From positions 4,302 to 68,301 of the forward strand of contig JAFSGN010000009.1 in NCBI GenBank assembly GCA_017440805.1: DNA of 64,000 bases. The letters are read 5' to 3'. The number at the start of each line of letters is the position of its first letter. Within the stretch, counting starts at the first letter, position 1. The DNA comes from Clostridia bacterium. GTDB taxonomy: Bacteria > Bacillota > Clostridia > Oscillospirales > SIG627. A model generated the notes under the pieces. It searched no databases. It was given only the letters and a program-made list of their open reading frames with translations, and had not been told where the DNA came from. Both the position numbers and the translations under genes were made by a program. Below, piece after piece: positions 9,877 through 20,798 of the stretch.

Positions 9877-10368
9877 ATGGCTGAAAAGAAAAAAAATGCC
9901 TCCTCCGGCGGCATTGCAAAGCAGGTGGAACTGCTTGTCAAACCCAAGGTTGAAGAACTGGGGTATACGCTGTGGGATGTGGAATACGCCAAGGAAGGCG
10001 TAGACTGGAATCTGACTTTATTTATTGACAAGACAGATGTTCAGGTGGGAATTGATGACTGTGTCACGGTTCATCATGCAGTGGAACCTATCATTGATGA
10101 GGCTGACCCCATAAAAGATTTTTATTATCTTCAGATTTCCACAGCGGGAATCGAACGGGAACTCAAACGCCCTGAACACTTTGAGTTTTATTTGGGACAT
10201 AAAATCGAAATTAAATTTTTCGCCCCCTTTGAAATTGACGGAAACAAGGTAAAGACACTTGAAGCCGTTCTTGAAAAATATGATAATAAAATTATAACTA
10301 TAAATTACGGAGGTAAAATATTCGATATCGAAGAGGCAAAATGCGCCTCTGTCAAAAGCGTCGAATAA
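9877..10368 (+). CDS. rimP: Ribosome maturation factor RimP
   Basis: Position immediately upstream of nusA. Conserved LWDVEY and ISTAGIERELK segments. RBS is AGGAGG. Confidence 0.9.
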   Translation: MAEKKKNASSGGIAKQVELLVKPKVEELGYTLWDVEYAKEGVDWNLTLFIDKTDVQVGIDDCVTVHHAVEPIIDEADPIKDFYYLQISTAGIERELKRPEHFEFYLGHKIEIKFFAPFEIDGNKVKTLEAVLEKYDNKIITINYGGKIFDIEEAKCASVKSVE

Positions 10369-10380
10369 AGAACAACAAAA

Positions 10381-11454
10381 ATGAACACAGAATTTTTCAC
10401 TGCCCTCGACCTTTTGGAAAGCGAAAAAGGCATTTCAAAAGAATACATGCTTGAAAAGGTTGAAGCGGCCCTTCTTGCAGCCTACAAAAAAGATGCCAAC
10501 GGTGCAAATGTAAAGGTTGTTATCGACCCTGTAAAAAAGGATGTAAAGATGTACCAGGAAAAAACGGTTGTTGAAGTTGTGCAGGATGAGTCAACCGAAA
10601 TCACTCTTGAAGCAGCACACAAAATCAGCAAACGCCTGAAAATCGGAAGCATCGCGGATGTGGAAGTCAAAACAAAAAATTTCGGAAGGATTTCGGCTCA
10701 GACCGCAAAACAGGTTATTATCCAGGGCATCCGTGAGGCAGAACGAGAACTGATGATAAAAGAATACGAATCAAAAAGAGATGATATTCTTACCGCACTG
10801 GTTACAAAAGTTGACCCATTGAGCGGAAATGCCGTTCTCGAAATCGGAAAAAACCAGGCCACCCTCATTAAAAGCGAACAAATCCCCGGCGAAGACCTGC
10901 GTGTGGGCGACCGCATAAAAGTGTATGTTACTGAAGTCAAAAAAGAAACAAAAGGTCCTATTGTTTTACTTTCAAGAAATACTACGGGAATTGTCAAAAG
11001 ACTTTTTGAACTGGAAATTCCCGAAATCCAGGACGGCACGGTAATTATTCACTCTGTTTCCCGCGACCCCGGAAGCAGAGCAAAAATTGCGGTTTATTCA
11101 CGGAACGCCGATGTTGATGCAATCGGCTCATGCATAGGTCCCAAAGGTATGAGAAAAGCAAATATAATGAACGAACTTGCAGGTGAAAAAATTGATATTG
11201 TTGAATACAGTGAAATTCCCGAAGATTTTATAAAAGCGGCTCTTTCTCCCGCAACAGTACAAAGTGTAACAATCACCTCCCAGGACCCCAAAACCTGCAA
11301 AGTAATGGTTGCAAATGACCAACTTTCCCTTGCAATAGGAAAAAAAGGACAAAATGCAATGTTGGCGGCAAAACTTACAGGCTTTAAAATTGATATTAAA
11401 TCTCCCGAACTTGAAGCAAAGGAAACTGCTTCTCCGGCGGAAGATAACCAATAA
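10381..11454 (+). CDS. nusA: Transcription termination/antitermination factor NusA
   Basis: S1 and two KH domains (GDRIKVYV, IGPKGMR, AIGKKGQN). Confidence 0.95.
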   Translation: MNTEFFTALDLLESEKGISKEYMLEKVEAALLAAYKKDANGANVKVVIDPVKKDVKMYQEKTVVEVVQDESTEITLEAAHKISKRLKIGSIADVEVKTKNFGRISAQTAKQVIIQGIREAERELMIKEYESKRDDILTALVTKVDPLSGNAVLEIGKNQATLIKSEQIPGEDLRVGDRIKVYVTEVKKETKGPIVLLSRNTTGIVKRLFELEIPEIQDGTVIIHSVSRDPGSRAKIAVYSRNADVDAIGSCIGPKGMRKANIMNELAGEKIDIVEYSEIPEDFIKAALSPATVQSVTITSQDPKTCKVMVANDQLSLAIGKKGQNAMLAAKLTGFKIDIKSPELEAKETASPAEDNQ

Positions 11455-11471
11455 CAACACGGGAGGTTACA

Positions 11472-11747
11472 ATGCAGTACAAAACTCCCGAAAGACGCTG
11501 TACGGGGTGCGGTAATACCATTCCGAAAAAAGACCTTCTCCGTGTGGTAAGAGAGCCTGACGGTACAATATCCGTTGACAGTACCGGAAAAAAGTCAGGG
11601 CGGGGAGCATACATCTGTAACAAAAAAGAATGTTTTCTCAAAGCACAAAAAACAAAGCGGCTTGAAAACAGTCTTAAATGCAGTATATCCCCTGAAGTTT
11701 ACCAGAATCTCCAAAGCCGTATACAAGAGGAGGAAAGCCATGAGTAG
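11472..11747 (+). CDS. ylxR: YlxR/RnpM family RNA-binding protein (DUF448)
   Basis: RRCTGCG..KKDLLRVV..GRGAYIC motifs. Conserved position after nusA. Confidence 0.9.
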   Translation: MQYKTPERRCTGCGNTIPKKDLLRVVREPDGTISVDSTGKKSGRGAYICNKKECFLKAQKTKRLENSLKCSISPEVYQNLQSRIQEEESHE

Positions 11748-12075
11748 TCACCAGGACAAAGTACTGAGTGCTTTAGGTCTTGCCATGCGTGCCGGGAAAC
11801 TCAGTCTGGGAACAGAAATGGTTCAGGACTCGGTAAGAAACGGCAAATCGCATCTTGTGGTTTGTGCCGGTGACATTTCAGACGGAAGCAGAAAAAAACT
11901 TACAAACACCTGCTCGTACTACAATGTCGAACTTATAGAACATTCGGAAATGTCCTCTCTTGCATCAGCACTTGGCAAAAAAAAGCCGATAAGTTCCGTT
12001 TCAGTAAATGATTTGAATTTCAAAATACTTATAAAAAAACAGTTTGCACCTACGGTGAAAACAGAAAATGATTGA
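11740..12075 (+). CDS. ylxQ: L7Ae-family ribosomal-protein-like protein YlxQ
   Basis: [10 protein letters not shown] motif. The ATG at 11740 is preceded by AGAGGAGG and overlaps the ylxR stop by 8 nt. I discarded the ORF-track start at 11575. Confidence 0.85.
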   Translation: MSSHQDKVLSALGLAMRAGKLSLGTEMVQDSVRNGKSHLVVCAGDISDGSRKKLTNTCSYYNVELIEHSEMSSLASALGKKKPISSVSVNDLNFKILIKKQFAPTVKTEND

Positions 12076-12089
12076 TAAGGTGGGATTAT

Positions 12090-14675
12090 ATGTCCGCAGA
12101 AACTAATAACAAATTAAACACTCTTGCCAAGGATTTTGGCATTAAATCCAAAGATATGGTTAAAATATTTGAGGACAACGGAATGGATGTTAAAAACAGA
12201 CTTTCCGCGTTGCGTGATGACGAGGTTAACTTTATAATAGAGTATCTCTCAAAGTCCTCACCCGTATCCGATATTGATAAATACCTTTCGGGCGAAATTA
12301 AAATTGATTTCCCCATCGCTGCACCCGTAAAAGAGACAAAGAACGAACCTGCACCTAAAGTTGAGGAAAAGAAAGAGGTTTCTAAACCGGAAGAAAAGAA
12401 ACCCGAAATACAGAAAACTCAGCCTAAAGAACAACAGCCTCAGCAGAAAAAGCAGATTCCTCAGCAGAGAGTGCCTGAAAAAGAGGTTCAGAACAAAAAG
12501 CCTGTTCAACCCATCCGTCCTCAGAACGATAAGAAGCAGCCTCAGAAGTCTGCAAATGCTCCCCAGAAGAGTGAACCCCGCAGTGCAATTGACAAATTCA
12601 ATCAGAAGATTACAAAAAGCCAACCCTCTTCCCAGCAACCGCAGAAAAAGGACACTTCTTCCAAAGAGCAATTTACCCGTACTCAGAATACTCCAAACCG
12701 TACAGCCCAGGGCTTTGCCGAAGTCAAAAAGAATGTGCGTGTGGTTGACACAAGAATTGTCGATGTAGACCTTTCAAAATACGATGAAAAACTTATGGAC
12801 CACATGGGAGATTCGGGTCGCGGAGATGGCGGAAGTGCAAAACAGAAGTTTAAAAAGTTTGGTTCACGAAACGATAAAAAACCCGGTTTCAAAAAGAAGA
12901 GCGAGCCTGTTAAACCTATTCTCCCCACTTTGATTAATCTTCCTGATAATATGATTGTATCCGACCTTGCCCGTGAACTTCATCTGACAACAGCGGTAGT
13001 TGTTAAAAAACTTATGTCATTGGGTATGATGGTTACACTCAACCAGTCCATTGACTTTGACACTGCAGCAATTGTGGCAGATGAGTTTGGTGTTAAGGCA
13101 GAAAAAATTGTTGTTGTAAGTATAGAAGAAAAACTTATAGACGAAAGTCAGGACAAAGCGGAAGATTTGGTGGAAAGAAGTCCTGTTGTAGTTGTTATGG
13201 GACATGTTGACCACGGTAAAACTTCTCTGCTTGACGCTATAAGAAATGCAAATGTAACCGCAGGAGAAGCAGGCGGAATTACTCAGCACATCGGTGCTTA
13301 CAGAGTTAATGTCAACGGTAAAGATATTACTTTCCTTGACACTCCCGGACATGAAGCATTCACCGCAATGCGTGCAAGAGGTGCAAAAGCAACCGACATT
13401 GCAATTCTTGTTGTTGCTGCCGACGACGGTATTATGCCACAGACAGTTGAAGCAATAAACCATGCCAAAGCGGCAGGAGTATCAATCATCGTTGCAATAA
13501 ACAAAATAGATAAACCCGCTGCAAATCCTGAAAATGTAAAAACAGAACTTACAAAATACGAACTTGTTCCTGAAGAATGGGGCGGCGATGTTATCTGTGT
13601 ACCCGTATCCGCTCTCACACATCAGGGTATTGATGACCTTCTGGAAAATGTTCTTTTGGTGGCGGAGATTGCTGAACTCAAAGCAAATCCCAACCGTGCC
13701 GCAAAAGGTATCGTAATAGAAGCACGGCTTGACAAGGGCAGAGGACCTGTTGCAACTGTTCTTGTTCAGAACGGTACTCTCCATGCAGGAGATACCCTGA
13801 TTGCCGGAACTGCAGTTGGTCGTGTAAGACTTATGACCAATGAAAAGGGTGAAACACTCAAGGAGGCAGGTCCTTCTGTTCCTGTTGAAATTTTAGGTCT
13901 TGCGGAAGTTCCCAGTGCAGGAGATGTATTTAATGCCGTTTCCGATGAAAGAATGGCTCGTGAACTTGCACAACAACGCCGCGACAAAGAAAAAGAAGAA
14001 GAATTCATGCAGAATTCCAAAGTTTCTCTTGACGATTTGTTCAGTCAGATTAAAGAGGGCGTTAAGGAACTCAACATTATAGTCAAAGCCGATGTTCAGG
14101 GCTCTGCAGAGGCGGTTAAGGCGTCTCTTGAAAAGATTTCCAATGAGGAAGTCCGTGTAAGAGTCATCCACAGCGGTGTAGGTGCCATAAGAGAAAATGA
14201 TGTTATGCTTGCTGCCGCTTCAAATGCAATCATTGTCGGATTCAACATCCGTCCCGACAAGGGTGCAATTGAATCTGCCGAAAGACAGCAGGTTGAAATA
14301 AGAACTTACAGAATAATTTACGAATGTATCGAAGAAATCGAAGCCGCTATCAAGGGTATGCTTGCTCCTAAATTCAAAGAGACAATACTCGGTATGGCTG
14401 AAGTCCGTCAGACCATTCATGTACCCAATGTGGGAACTATTGCCGGTTCCTATGTTACAGACGGAAAAATCACAAGAAACGCAGGTATTCGTATTGTCCG
14501 TGACGGTGTGGTTATATTTGAAGATAAAATCTCATCTCTCCGCCGTTTCAAAGACGATGTGAAAGAAGTCAACCAGGGTTATGAATGCGGTGTCGGACTT
14601 GAAAAATACAACGACATCAAGGTGGGAGATGTATTTGAAGCATTCGTAATGGAAGAAATTAAAGCAGGTGAATAA
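12090..14675 (+). CDS. infB: Translation initiation factor IF-2 with long K/Q/P/E-rich N-terminal region
   Basis: G-domain [17 protein letters not shown] and NKID. The ATG at 12090 preceded by AAGGTGGG is preferred over the TTG at 12072. Confidence 0.95.
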   Translation: MSAETNNKLNTLAKDFGIKSKDMVKIFEDNGMDVKNRLSALRDDEVNFIIEYLSKSSPVSDIDKYLSGEIKIDFPIAAPVKETKNEPAPKVEEKKEVSKPEEKKPEIQKTQPKEQQPQQKKQIPQQRVPEKEVQNKKPVQPIRPQNDKKQPQKSANAPQKSEPRSAIDKFNQKITKSQPSSQQPQKKDTSSKEQFTRTQNTPNRTAQGFAEVKKNVRVVDTRIVDVDLSKYDEKLMDHMGDSGRGDGGSAKQKFKKFGSRNDKKPGFKKKSEPVKPILPTLINLPDNMIVSDLARELHLTTAVVVKKLMSLGMMVTLNQSIDFDTAAIVADEFGVKAEKIVVVSIEEKLIDESQDKAEDLVERSPVVVVMGHVDHGKTSLLDAIRNANVTAGEAGGITQHIGAYRVNVNGKDITFLDTPGHEAFTAMRARGAKATDIAILVVAADDGIMPQTVEAINHAKAAGVSIIVAINKIDKPAANPENVKTELTKYELVPEEWGGDVICVPVSALTHQGIDDLLENVLLVAEIAELKANPNRAAKGIVIEARLDKGRGPVATVLVQNGTLHAGDTLIAGTAVGRVRLMTNEKGETLKEAGPSVPVEILGLAEVPSAGDVFNAVSDERMARELAQQRRDKEKEEEFMQNSKVSLDDLFSQIKEGVKELNIIVKADVQGSAEAVKASLEKISNEEVRVRVIHSGVGAIRENDVMLAAASNAIIVGFNIRPDKGAIESAERQQVEIRTYRIIYECIEEIEAAIKGMLAPKFKETILGMAEVRQTIHVPNVGTIAGSYVTDGKITRNAGIRIVRDGVVIFEDKISSLRRFKDDVKEVNQGYECGVGLEKYNDIKVGDVFEAFVMEEIKAGE

Positions 14676-15059
14676 ATGCCGGGTAATTACAGAAAAAACC
14701 GTATAAACGAAACTGTGGCACACGAAATTGCAAATATAATACGCCAGGTCAAAGACCCAAGAGTACAAAGTGCTTTTATAACAATAACCTCTGCACAGGT
14801 GACAGGCGACCTTAAATTTGCAAAAATCTTTTACAGTTTCATGCAGGGCGACGAAAAGGAAATTAAAAAGGGACTTATAAGTGCAACAGGTTTTATACGC
14901 CGTGAACTTGCATCAAGACTCAACCTCAGGATAACTCCCGAACTCAAATTTATATTCGACGATTCTCCAAAGCACGGTTCGGATATATCGGCAATTCTCA
15001 AAACACTGGATATAAAACCTGACGATGAGGAACAACAAGATGAACAGTCTGAGTTTTGA
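14676..15059 (+). CDS. rbfA: Ribosome-binding factor A
   Basis: R..R+NE.+..E+A.I+ pattern (RKNRINETVAHEIANII). The start abuts the infB stop. Confidence 0.9.
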   Translation: MPGNYRKNRINETVAHEIANIIRQVKDPRVQSAFITITSAQVTGDLKFAKIFYSFMQGDEKEIKKGLISATGFIRRELASRLNLRITPELKFIFDDSPKHGSDISAILKTLDIKPDDEEQQDEQSEF

Positions 15060-16023
15060 ATATACAATTGACAGAGAATTTTATGAAAATTTGTATCGCT
15101 GTCTTGTACAGGACACTGTTGACAATTTCAGAATTGTCATACACTCCCGCCCCGACGGCGATGCAGTCGGAAGCGGATATGCTCTTGCATATATTTTGAA
15201 TTCTCTGGGGAAACGCGCCTGTGTCGTTTGTTACGATGATGTGCCCAAAAAGTTTGAGTATATCACGGATATCGGATTCACCGAATTTGAACATCAGTTC
15301 ATCATAACAGTGGATGTTGCAGACATGACACTTATCGGAAACGATGTTGAACTTCCGATACTTTGTGCCATTGACCACCACATGAGAAATTCGGTGAATA
15401 CTTCCGAAAAATTTGTAAAAAGCGAAAAAGCCTCCTGTGGTGAAATAATTTTTGAGTTTGCGCTCTTTTGCGGTGTAAAGTTTGACTCATACCTTGCAAA
15501 ATGTCTGCACACAGCCATTTCCACCGATACGGGAAGTTTCAAGTACGAAGCAGTAACCGAAAATACTTTCCTTGCGGCAGCGTATCTTGCCCGCTTTATT
15601 CCCCGTGAAGAGGCGGCAAAAATCAATCTTACAAACTTTGATATTAAAACCAAAAAGCAAATGCAACTGGAATGTTATGCCGTACAAAACATTCATCTGC
15701 ATTTTGCAGACACTGTGGGAATTTGCATAATAACCGACGGGATAAAGGAAAAATTTGGTGCAGACGACGAGGACACGGGATGTATTTCACAGATTCCGCG
15801 CCAGATTGATACTGTGGAAAGTTCTTTTTCAATCAAGCAAAAGACAGACGGAACATGCAAAGTTTCCATGCGTACAAAGGAATATGTTGATGCGGCACAG
15901 TTTTGTTCAAATTTCGGCGGAGGCGGTCACAAACGCGCTGCAGGCTGTACCATACAGGGTACTCCCGCGGAAGTTGAGAACAAGATAATCGAAATGTACC
16001 GCAAAACTATAGTGCAAAGATGA
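15040..16023 (+). CDS. nrnA: DHH/DHHA1 phosphoesterase (NrnA-type oligoribonuclease / pAp phosphatase)
   Basis: HSRPDGDAVGS, DHH (AIDHHMRN) and GGGGHKRAAG. The ATG at 15040 has a GAGGAA RBS. Confidence 0.85.
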   Translation: MNSLSFEYTIDREFYENLYRCLVQDTVDNFRIVIHSRPDGDAVGSGYALAYILNSLGKRACVVCYDDVPKKFEYITDIGFTEFEHQFIITVDVADMTLIGNDVELPILCAIDHHMRNSVNTSEKFVKSEKASCGEIIFEFALFCGVKFDSYLAKCLHTAISTDTGSFKYEAVTENTFLAAAYLARFIPREEAAKINLTNFDIKTKKQMQLECYAVQNIHLHFADTVGICIITDGIKEKFGADDEDTGCISQIPRQIDTVESSFSIKQKTDGTCKVSMRTKEYVDAAQFCSNFGGGGHKRAAGCTIQGTPAEVENKIIEMYRKTIVQR

Positions 16024-16919
16024 ACGGAATACTTAATTTATACAAACCATGCGGAATAACCTCGCACACTGCAATAAGTGTTGTAAAAGGAATTTTCGGT
16101 GTCTCAAAAGTCGGACACACAGGCACTCTTGACCCTATGGCATCAGGTGTTTTGCCTGTGCTTATAGGTAAAGCCGTAAAACTAAGCGAATATATGATAT
16201 GCGACCATAAGAAATACAAAGCACGGCTTAAACTCGGACTTACCACCGATACAGAGGATATAAGCGGAAAAGTGCTGACGGAGTGCGGTGACATTCCCCC
16301 GGAAGAACAAATAAGAGATGCGGTTATGAGTTTCGTCGGGGATTACATGCAAACTCCCCCTATGTATTCGGCACTTAAAAAAGACGGAAAAAAACTGTAC
16401 GAACTTGCCAGAAAAGGACAAGAGGTACAGCGGGAAGCAAGACAAGTCACTATTCACTCAATAGAAATACTTGAAGTCGGATATGATTTTTGTGATTTTA
16501 TTGTATCCTGCTCCAAAGGTACATATATTCGTACCTTATGTGCTGATATAGGAAAAAAACTGGGTTGCGGAGGAATTATGTCTTCTCTTGAGAGAGTGAC
16601 GGCAGGGGGATTTGATGTTGAAAACAGCATTACCCTTGAACAACTTCGTGCAATACCCAAAGAAGAACTTTTCCAATGCCTCACAACCATAGAAGACTTT
16701 TTTTCGGAACTTGAAAAAATTAAACTCAATTCCTTTTATTCCGCCCTTGCACTTAACGGTGCACACATATATGTTTCAAAAATCAAACCCGCAACACCTT
16801 TATCTCCCGGGCAAAAACTCCTGATGTATACACACGATGACCGTTTTTTTGCCCTGGGCGAAGTAAGACAACTCGAAAACCAACTTGTCATAAAACCCGT
16901 AAAAATGTTCGGAATATAA
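16020..16919 (+). CDS. truB: tRNA pseudouridine(55) synthase TruB
   Basis: KVGHTGTLDPMASGVLPV with the catalytic Asp. 4-nt overlap with nrnA. Confidence 0.95.
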   Translation: MNGILNLYKPCGITSHTAISVVKGIFGVSKVGHTGTLDPMASGVLPVLIGKAVKLSEYMICDHKKYKARLKLGLTTDTEDISGKVLTECGDIPPEEQIRDAVMSFVGDYMQTPPMYSALKKDGKKLYELARKGQEVQREARQVTIHSIEILEVGYDFCDFIVSCSKGTYIRTLCADIGKKLGCGGIMSSLERVTAGGFDVENSITLEQLRAIPKEELFQCLTTIEDFFSELEKIKLNSFYSALALNGAHIYVSKIKPATPLSPGQKLLMYTHDDRFFALGEVRQLENQLVIKPVKMFGI

Positions 16920-16949
16920 AATAGGAATATAAAATAAAAGGAGAAAAAA

Positions 16950-17219
16950 ATGCAAGCAGTAATTACAGTAACAGGAAAAGACAGTGTTGGCATTATTGCC
17001 AAAGTATCACAGAAATGTGTTGACTATAATGTCAACATAATTGACATTTCACAAAGTGTATTGAAAGACTATTTTGCAATGATTATGCTGGTTGAAATTG
17101 ACAAACTCAGTATCCCGTTTACAAATTTTGTAGATGAAATGAGCAATATAGGACAGACCAACGGACTCTCAATACATACAATGCACGAAGACATTTTTAA
17201 CTCTATGCACAAAATATAA
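16950..17219 (+). CDS. ACT domain protein (UPF0237 family)
   Basis: [18 protein letters not shown] at the N-terminus. Paired with the UPF0210 gene downstream. Confidence 0.85.
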   Translation: MQAVITVTGKDSVGIIAKVSQKCVDYNVNIIDISQSVLKDYFAMIMLVEIDKLSIPFTNFVDEMSNIGQTNGLSIHTMHEDIFNSMHKI

Positions 17220-17242
17220 TTAACATCAGGAAAGGAGTTATT

Positions 17243-18607
17243 ATGCTGGGAATTAATACAAACGAAATTCTCGAAACCATAAATATGATACGGGATGAAC
17301 ACCTGGATATTCGTACCGTAACCATGGGGATATCGCTGTTTGACTGTGTAAGCGAAAATCCGGAAAAACTCTGTGAGAACATTTACAACAAAATAACCAA
17401 TACTGCAAAAAATCTTATTCCGGTGTGCGAAACCATTGAAAAAGAATACGGCATACCGATTATCAACAAACGAATTTCACTCACTCCCATCTCACTCATA
17501 GGTGCAGGCTGCAATTCCGATGAGTTTGTCAAGATTGCAAAAACACTGGATAAAGCAGCAGACACATTGGGCGTAAACTTTATAGGCGGATATTCTGCAC
17601 TTGTGCAAAAGGGATTTACAAACGGAGCCCGTGAACTTATAAACTCAATCCCCCAGGCACTTACCGAAACCTCAAGAATCTGTTCTTCAGTCAATGTTGC
17701 TACCACTAAATCAGGCATAAATATGGATGCGGTAGCAGAAATGGGACAGATAATAAAACAAACCGCTTTCCTTACAAAAGAAAACGACTCTATCGGATGT
17801 GCAAAACTTGTGGTATTTGCCAATGTTCCTGATGACAATCCTTTTATGGCAGGTGCTTTTCACGGTATGGGTGAGCCTGAAACCGTTATAAATGTGGGTG
17901 TTTCGGGTCCGGGTGTTGTAGCAAGTGCTATTGAAAAAGCAGGAAACTGCAATCTTACACAGATTTCTGACACAATAAAAAAGACCGCGTTCAAAATAAC
18001 CCGTATGGGACAACTTGTAGCCTACGAGGCATCCAAGCGTCTTAATGTTCCTTTCGGAATAGTTGACCTTTCTCTTGCTCCCACCCCTGCAATAGGTGAC
18101 TCGGTTGCCGATATTCTCGAGAAAATCGGTCTTGAGAAAACAGGTGCCTGCGGTACTACCGCCGCACTTGCCATGCTGAATGACGCTGTTAAAAAAGGCG
18201 GTACCATGGCATCCAGCCATGTAGGCGGTCTTTCGGGTGCATTTATTCCCGTTTCAGAAGATGCCGGTATGATAAGTGCTGTTGAATGCGGCTCACTCAC
18301 CATTGAAAAACTGGAAGCAATGACTGCGGTCTGCTCGGTAGGCCTTGATATGATTGCTGTACCGGGTGATACAACAGCAGAAGTTATTTCGGCACTTATT
18401 GCAGACGAAATTGCGATAGGAGTTATAAACAACAAAACCACCGCTGTGCGCGTTATTCCCGCTTACAATAAAAAAGTGGGAGACAGTGTTGAATTCGGCG
18501 GTCTGTTAGGTGAGGCTCCTGTTATGAAAATAAACACTGCTTCTCCTGATATATTCATAAAACGCGGAGGCCGTATCCCGGCGCCTATACATAGTTTAAG
18601 AAACTAA
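17243..18607 (+). CDS. PFL-like / UPF0210 (DUF711) family protein
   Basis: [27 protein letters not shown] is the family-typical N-terminus. 454 aa. Confidence 0.85.
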   Translation: MLGINTNEILETINMIRDEHLDIRTVTMGISLFDCVSENPEKLCENIYNKITNTAKNLIPVCETIEKEYGIPIINKRISLTPISLIGAGCNSDEFVKIAKTLDKAADTLGVNFIGGYSALVQKGFTNGARELINSIPQALTETSRICSSVNVATTKSGINMDAVAEMGQIIKQTAFLTKENDSIGCAKLVVFANVPDDNPFMAGAFHGMGEPETVINVGVSGPGVVASAIEKAGNCNLTQISDTIKKTAFKITRMGQLVAYEASKRLNVPFGIVDLSLAPTPAIGDSVADILEKIGLEKTGACGTTAALAMLNDAVKKGGTMASSHVGGLSGAFIPVSEDAGMISAVECGSLTIEKLEAMTAVCSVGLDMIAVPGDTTAEVISALIADEIAIGVINNKTTAVRVIPAYNKKVGDSVEFGGLLGEAPVMKINTASPDIFIKRGGRIPAPIHSLRN

Positions 18608-18650
18608 AACTACAATAACCTTTCTTATGATACACTTTTTTGGAGGTCTT

Positions 18651-19910
18651 ATGTTTAAATGTATTGTTTGCGGAGCAGTTTTTGAACAAAGCGAAACTGT
18701 TTGTCCCGTGTGCGGTGTTGGACCTGAAAATTTTGAAATAATACAGCAGGAAAAAGAGGAGTTCATCTCCTCACCTGCCAAACAGCAGATATATCTTATA
18801 ATCGGCGGAGGCCCTGCGGCAGTATATGCCGCAGAAGCCATACGGGAGAGAGACCAAAACAGCGGAATTTGTATTCTGACTGAGGAAAAGTATCTGCCTT
18901 ACAACCGTCCCATATTGACAAAAAAGCCTACCGCTCCTCCAGAAACCATTCTTATGCATAAAAAGGAGTGGTATGACCAAAAAAACATTTGTGTTCTGAC
19001 CGAAAAGAAAGTTACAAAAATATCTCCCGAACTTCATGAAATCATTGTGGGAGACAATGAAAAATACCACTATGACAAACTGATTTATGCAACAGGTGCT
19101 CACTGTTTTATTCCCGACATACAAAACAATGGGCTTTACGGTGTCTTTGCCATCAGAGGAATTGAAGATATAAATGCCATTGCCTCTTTTCCCAACAGTG
19201 ATATTGAAGATGCCGCGATAATCGGTGGAGGTGTCCTGGGACTTGAAGCAGCATGGATGCTCAAAAAAAGCGGTATAAAGAATATTACCGTTCTTGAAGC
19301 CTCGGAGCGTATTATGCCCCGTCAGTTAGACAGAGAATCCTCGGAAGAACTTTGCAAAATTGCTTCTCAAAAGGGAATAAACATCATAACCTCAGCAGAA
19401 ATAGAAAAAATAAACGGAACACAGGCAGCTGAGGGAATAACCCTTAAAGACGGAAAATTTGTTCCCGCCCGTATTATAATTATTTCCTGCGGAATTCGTG
19501 CCAACCTTTCTCTTGCGAAAGAGTGCGGTCTTGAAACAGGAAAAGGGGTTAAAGTAAACTCACATTGCCAAACTTCCAATCCCGAAATTTTCGCTTGTGG
19601 CGACTGTGCCGAATTTGACGGTAAAAACTACGGTCTCTGGGCTCAGGCTCTGGCGATGGGAAAAACGGCAGGTGCCTGTGCTGCGGGTGACAATGTTACT
19701 TTTGAATTTTCCAACTATCCCTTAACCTTCAGCGGTATGGACACAATGTTATACGCCATCGGTGACTGTATGAGCAACCCGGAGGAAAAATATACGGTGG
19801 AACGCCCCAACCCTCACACCAAAATTTTCAGAAATTCTGACGGAAAACTGTGCGGTGCGGTACTGACAGGCAATATTACAGGTGCTTCCTCTATTAAACT
19901 TGAAATTTAG
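18651..19910 (+). CDS. NAD(P)/FAD-dependent oxidoreductase with N-terminal rubredoxin-type zinc ribbon
   Basis: CIVCG..CPVCG ribbon followed by GGGPAAVYAA and GGGVLGLEAA dinucleotide folds. The ATG at 18651 follows GGAGG. Confidence 0.8.
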   Translation: MFKCIVCGAVFEQSETVCPVCGVGPENFEIIQQEKEEFISSPAKQQIYLIIGGGPAAVYAAEAIRERDQNSGICILTEEKYLPYNRPILTKKPTAPPETILMHKKEWYDQKNICVLTEKKVTKISPELHEIIVGDNEKYHYDKLIYATGAHCFIPDIQNNGLYGVFAIRGIEDINAIASFPNSDIEDAAIIGGGVLGLEAAWMLKKSGIKNITVLEASERIMPRQLDRESSEELCKIASQKGINIITSAEIEKINGTQAAEGITLKDGKFVPARIIIISCGIRANLSLAKECGLETGKGVKVNSHCQTSNPEIFACGDCAEFDGKNYGLWAQALAMGKTAGACAAGDNVTFEFSNYPLTFSGMDTMLYAIGDCMSNPEEKYTVERPNPHTKIFRNSDGKLCGAVLTGNITGASSIKLEI

Positions 19911-19928
19911 AAACAGAGAAAGAATTTT

Positions 19929-20759
19929 ATGCAAATAATAAAAAATAAAACCTTTGACCATGAGCGTGCATTGTATGGAAGTGACGGAATTCACGCCTTA
20001 AACTGCAGATTTGACGGTCCTGAGGACGGTGAAAGCGCTTTTAAGGAAAGCGGCAATATAAAAGTTGAAAATTGTTTTTTCAATTTGCGTTATCCTTTCT
20101 GGCACGACACAAATGTAGAGATAACCAACTGCGAAATGACCTCTCTTTGCCGTGCGGCACTGTGGTACTCGGAAAACATAAAAATTACAAACTCAAAACT
20201 TTTGGGCATAAAAGCATTGCGGGAATGCAGTAATGCGGAAATATACGGATGCAATATTGTTTCCCCCGAGTTTGGCTGGTTTTCCAAAAATGTTACCATG
20301 AAAAACTGCAATGCCGAGAGCGAATATTTTATGATGCATTCGGAAAAGTTATCCTTTGAGAATGTTTCACTTTCGGGTAAATATTCCTTTCAGTACATAA
20401 CAGATTCAAACTTTGACAGGTGCAAATTCAATACAAAAGATGCTTTCTGGCATGCAAAAAATATTGTAATAAAAGACAGTATAATAAATGGCGAGTACCC
20501 TGCGTGGTACTGCGAAAATGTAACATTTGAAAACTGCATCATAACCGGTACTCAACCCTTTTGCTACTGCAAAGGTCTGAAACTCATAAATTGTCAAATG
20601 AATAATGCCGATCTTTGTTTTGAAAAATCCGAAGTCAGTGCTGATATTACAACCCATGTAATCAGTATTAAAAACCCGGATTTTGCGATTATTACCCTTC
20701 CCTCTGTCGACCAACTCATTGAGTGCGATAAGGAAAACTGCAAGATAACACTTGGATAA
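19929..20759 (+). CDS. DUF3737 family protein (beta-helix repeats)
   Basis: ERALYGSDG..L.NC.F.G..DGESAFKES N-terminus and repeated NC/ENV beta-helix turns. Confidence 0.7.
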   Translation: MQIIKNKTFDHERALYGSDGIHALNCRFDGPEDGESAFKESGNIKVENCFFNLRYPFWHDTNVEITNCEMTSLCRAALWYSENIKITNSKLLGIKALRECSNAEIYGCNIVSPEFGWFSKNVTMKNCNAESEYFMMHSEKLSFENVSLSGKYSFQYITDSNFDRCKFNTKDAFWHAKNIVIKDSIINGEYPAWYCENVTFENCIITGTQPFCYCKGLKLINCQMNNADLCFEKSEVSADITTHVISIKNPDFAIITLPSVDQLIECDKENCKITLG

Positions 20760-20763
20760 TGAT

Positions 20764-20796
20764 AAAAGAGTGAGATTTTTTAAATCTCACTCTTTT
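20764..20796. terminator. Bidirectional terminator
   Basis: Perfect stem AAAAGAGTGAGATTT / AAATCTCACTCTTTT flanked by A- and T-runs. It lies between convergent DUF3737 and clpX. Confidence 0.75.
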
Positions 20797-20798
20797 AT

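Noticed and set aside
11575-11739. Upstream extension of the ylxQ ORF overlapping ylxR
   Set aside because: It overlaps conserved ylxR in another frame. The conserved YlxQ sequence begins at the ATG at 11740, which has a strong RBS.
12258-12768. 137-aa (minus) and 135-aa (plus) ORFs in the infB 5' region
   Set aside because: They are alternative-frame artefacts of the repetitive K/Q/P/E-coding tract of IF-2.
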